Shown here one piece after another: positions 60,701-64,000 of a stretch of 64,000 nt of DNA (the stretch's first letter is position 1; each line of letters starts with the position of its first letter). The stretch covers positions 22,198,001 through 22,262,000 of the forward strand of contig NC_087245.1 of NCBI RefSeq assembly GCF_037042905.1, given 5' to 3'. The stretch comes from Lytechinus pictus (taxonomy: Eukaryota). The position numbers were made by a program, and so were the translations under genes. The notes beneath the pieces were generated by a model. The model was not told where the DNA came from. It saw only the letters and a program-made list of their open reading frames with translations, and searched no databases.

Positions 60701-63700
60701 TTCCTAATCTGGGAAGGAGCACTTTCGACAAAATGAAGAAGTATATATAAAAAGAGAACAAGTTAAAATAAACCATTGGGCCATCTGGTTGAAATGCTTT
60801 CTCAAATGTACAAACCATTTTGAAACATAAGCAGCTGAATAGAAGACTAACGTTACGTTCAATTGTGATTTTTATTTTCTTTATAAACATGATCCTGAAT
60901 ATGAAAAGTGAACATACATGTAGGTTTTTTAGGCGAGAGTTTGAGGTCTTCTTTCTGCTAAAAAAAGTATATGTAAATACTTGGAAAAGATTATATTTGT
61001 ATCCCTTTCATCAATCTGATGTTTAGATACGATATGCATCATGTAAATGATTGCATGTACACAAATAGCAAATTAATGCTCGTCATATATCATTAAATTC
61101 AATATAGGACTATTCATTTATAGTCCGATGTAAAGTTTAAATGCCCCGGAATATGCATAATGATATTTTATACTTTTTTTTAAAATACTATTTTCATGGT
61201 AATTTGATAGTTCCACGTTGCACACCACTCCCCTGATGTGGTAATGAAATTTCACACACTATATTTTGTATAATATGAATATTTCGCCTCAAAGCATTTT
61301 GCACTGAACATTTCTATATAAAGATCCTGTACAGTCATGTATACTCCCGATTGAATCTCAGGGTTTTTTAGCCATGAAAATGAGTCCATGGCTCGTAAAA
61401 CTATTTAAGTAAATTTTTATTGTTTTTATTTTTTTCAACGGGTCGTGATAACATATTCTGTAAAATGTAGACATTCTTTCATCTATGATTATACAGAAGT
61501 TTTGGAGGTAAGGGTTGATAGTGAATATTGGTTTCTATTTAATTTTCACAAGCCAAAATATAATTTGTTTGTTAAACCTCATGCAAAATAATTTATGAAA
61601 ATGATTAATGAATCTGTTCCTACTATTTGAATAAGTTGTAAGCATGTACACGTCTCTCGTTTGGAAGCTTAGGATGAGTCTTTAAAGGACTTCTAAGATG
61701 ACATTATAAATGTAACGATTATTGATTTTAAACATATTATCGGCATGCCTACTGACATCATAAATGTTTCTTCTGGAGGTTTTATTTCTTGTTGTGTTGG
61801 TTTGTTTATTTGTTTGTTTTCTAAGTATTGAGTCCTGAATTGTTATTTCCATCGGCTTTAAACGAATAACTGGTTCCAGGAGCCAACGCGTCAAAGAACA
61901 CTTTTTTGAGATGGCGCTATATATGAAACGGAGCTTTTGGTACTTCGTGTTTGAACGATGGGTTCCATGACATTTTACTCCGGTAACAATTTTGGAAAAT
62001 CTGCAAGTTGAGCCAAATATAAAATCTAACCTCCAAAACTAAATAAACCCTTTACAACCCCATCCCACCCCCAAAAAATACACACACAGAGGAAGTGCGT
62101 GATGGCAGAGGTTCTCACGGGGGCAATTTTTACTTATGATAGCGAAATTGAAGGAGTTATTGCAAAATAACAATTTGACCAAAGAGTGAAAATGGGCCCC
62201 AGGTTTGTGCCATGTATTAAAATAAAGAGATGAATAGAAAACAGAATGCATTTTTAATAGTAAAACGAGTTAGACCATGATTAGTGAAAATGGCGAATTC
62301 TAATTTCAAATACAGAAATACTCTTAAAATCGTGTTTACACGATCGCATTACTAACGAGGGAAAAAGAAAAAATAAGTCCCGCTGCCAAGCCGATATGCA
62401 TGATAAAGTAAAATGGGTAAAAAAAAAAATATTCAATATTTATTTCAGGGCAAGCCCGACTACACGTCATTATACCTATAAGTCATAAAGGCTAAATTCA
62501 TGACGTGTACCCCTGTGTACCGAAATGTTTGCTCGTCATAAAACAGAAAAGGAGTGAATATCGGGGTGAATATTCATAACCCTGAGGGTTATTAGGTTTG
62601 CTACTCATATTGCAAGGTATAGGAGAAGAGGGTCAGTCCAGGAGTTGAATTTGTGCCCATGCATGTGCACTCACTAGTCAGAATCAAATTTGTACAAGGC
62701 ATATGGATTTCGTATAGCTATTCGCTCGTTAAAAAAGGCAGTTTTTCACTTGATGGTTTCTAGTACAAAAAATGGAGAATTCTCTTTAATACTGCATGAG
62801 CCCGGATACAGTGGCGTAACAGGCGGGGGGGGGGCAGGGGAGCCCCCCCCCCCCCCCCCCGGCGGAGCTCACCGGGGAAAAAAACGGGAAAAATAAAAAA
62901 AGGGGGAAGAAAGGGAAAGGGAAAGGAAAGAAAAAAGGGGAAAGGCGAAGGGGAAAGGGAAAAGAAAACTAAGAAAAAACATAAAAAAGGGAAAACGGAA
63001 GGATAATGGGAAAAGGAAGGAAAGAAGAACAAGTGAGAAAGATCAATTCTCCCCGATATACAAATACATAAGCATGATTAGTAACACAGGGAAATAAATT
63101 AAAGATGACAAAAAGGCAAACAAAAGCGTGAAATAAAGGCAGAATGGAATTATATATAGCCAAAATCTAAATTGGAAAATAAAGAATAGAGACAAGATAA
63201 CGTACACTACCGGGCTGCCGAGGATTGAGATAACGAGCGGGAAGAAAAATGGATGGTATATAGCATAATGTCGTATCAAAGTCTATCATAAACTTGCTAA
63301 ATCTCCAAAGGCTCTGTCCAAGAGTCAAGACCCCTTGCAGTGGGGGCTCTTCATCTGTAACCTTTAATGGGTTCTATATGGACTCTTCCTGCATTAAGCT
63401 TTACGTTGAAGCACTGGCGTACCGGGGGGGGGGGGTGGTTCCACAGCCAAGGGGAAATAAAAGAAAATAAAGGAGGCAGCGAAATGAGATGATTGAAAAA
63501 AAATATTTGACATGATATTTGCTATAATGATGTCAAAATCTATCGCATAATTAGAATTTCATTTTAACAGGCAATTTTTTTTTCTGGCTCGCTTCGCTCG
63601 CTGGCGACTTTTTACAAATTTTCCCACATTTGCTATGGTGTGCCCCTCACAATATTTGGATGATTACGATACACAACTGCATTGAATTTATGTGTTGTGT

Positions 63701-64000
63701 GAAAGCTATATACGCAATTTGATTAAAATAAGTGGCCATCTGTAAGGTTTAAAATGGCTTTGATATCAAGATCGGTTCCGGAGCTCTGCCCTGGACCCCA
63801 CCCATAAAGCACTGTTATATGGATGAGTTTGGACCATGGCCCCCAAAAGTTCTACAACCAAACAAAAAAAATGAGGAAAGAAAGGAAAGTGTATTATATT
63901 TTTCTGAATATCAAGTTAAAATCTATCTTCATGTTAGATTCTCATAAAAAGGTGATTTTTTTTTATCTCGCTCGCTTCGCTCGCTCGGAACCTATATTAA

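Noticed and set aside
62805..64000. G/C runs, purine-rich tract and CTCGCTTCGCTCG motifs as G-quadruplex/regulatory elements
   Set aside because: Better explained as fragments of CAGTGGCGTA-type MITEs and low-complexity sequence; boundaries could not be resolved

Overview
AT-rich eukaryotic (animal) genomic DNA. The repeat landscape resembles a marine invertebrate, possibly an echinoid, but this is inference only. The window is dominated by one minus-strand villin/advillin-like gene. I read 22 core coding exons plus one optional 42-nt exon by hand from 34888 (ATG) down to 439. Splice phases are consistent throughout, giving 794 aa in the window (808 with the optional exon): six gelsolin repeats plus the start of the headpiece. 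The last headpiece exon lies beyond the left edge. Two candidate non-coding first exons/promoters (~40.2 kb and ~60.6 kb) both carry CRE motifs. Notable features are a GC-AG intron, a triplicated partial exon with its donor, candidate alternative/terminal exons that could give headpiece-less or 4-domain isoforms, candidate microexons, and a CpG-retaining, promoter-like intronic block with a hairpin cluster. Introns hold many non-autonomous elements: Harbinger-, hAT-, Kolobok- and Tc1-like MITEs, a 7-bp-TSD family, a Helentron-type HINE, an L2-like LINE 3' end and tRNA-derived SINEs. Most supplied ORFs are spurious. No rRNA, intact tRNA, CRISPR array or autonomous transposon was seen.
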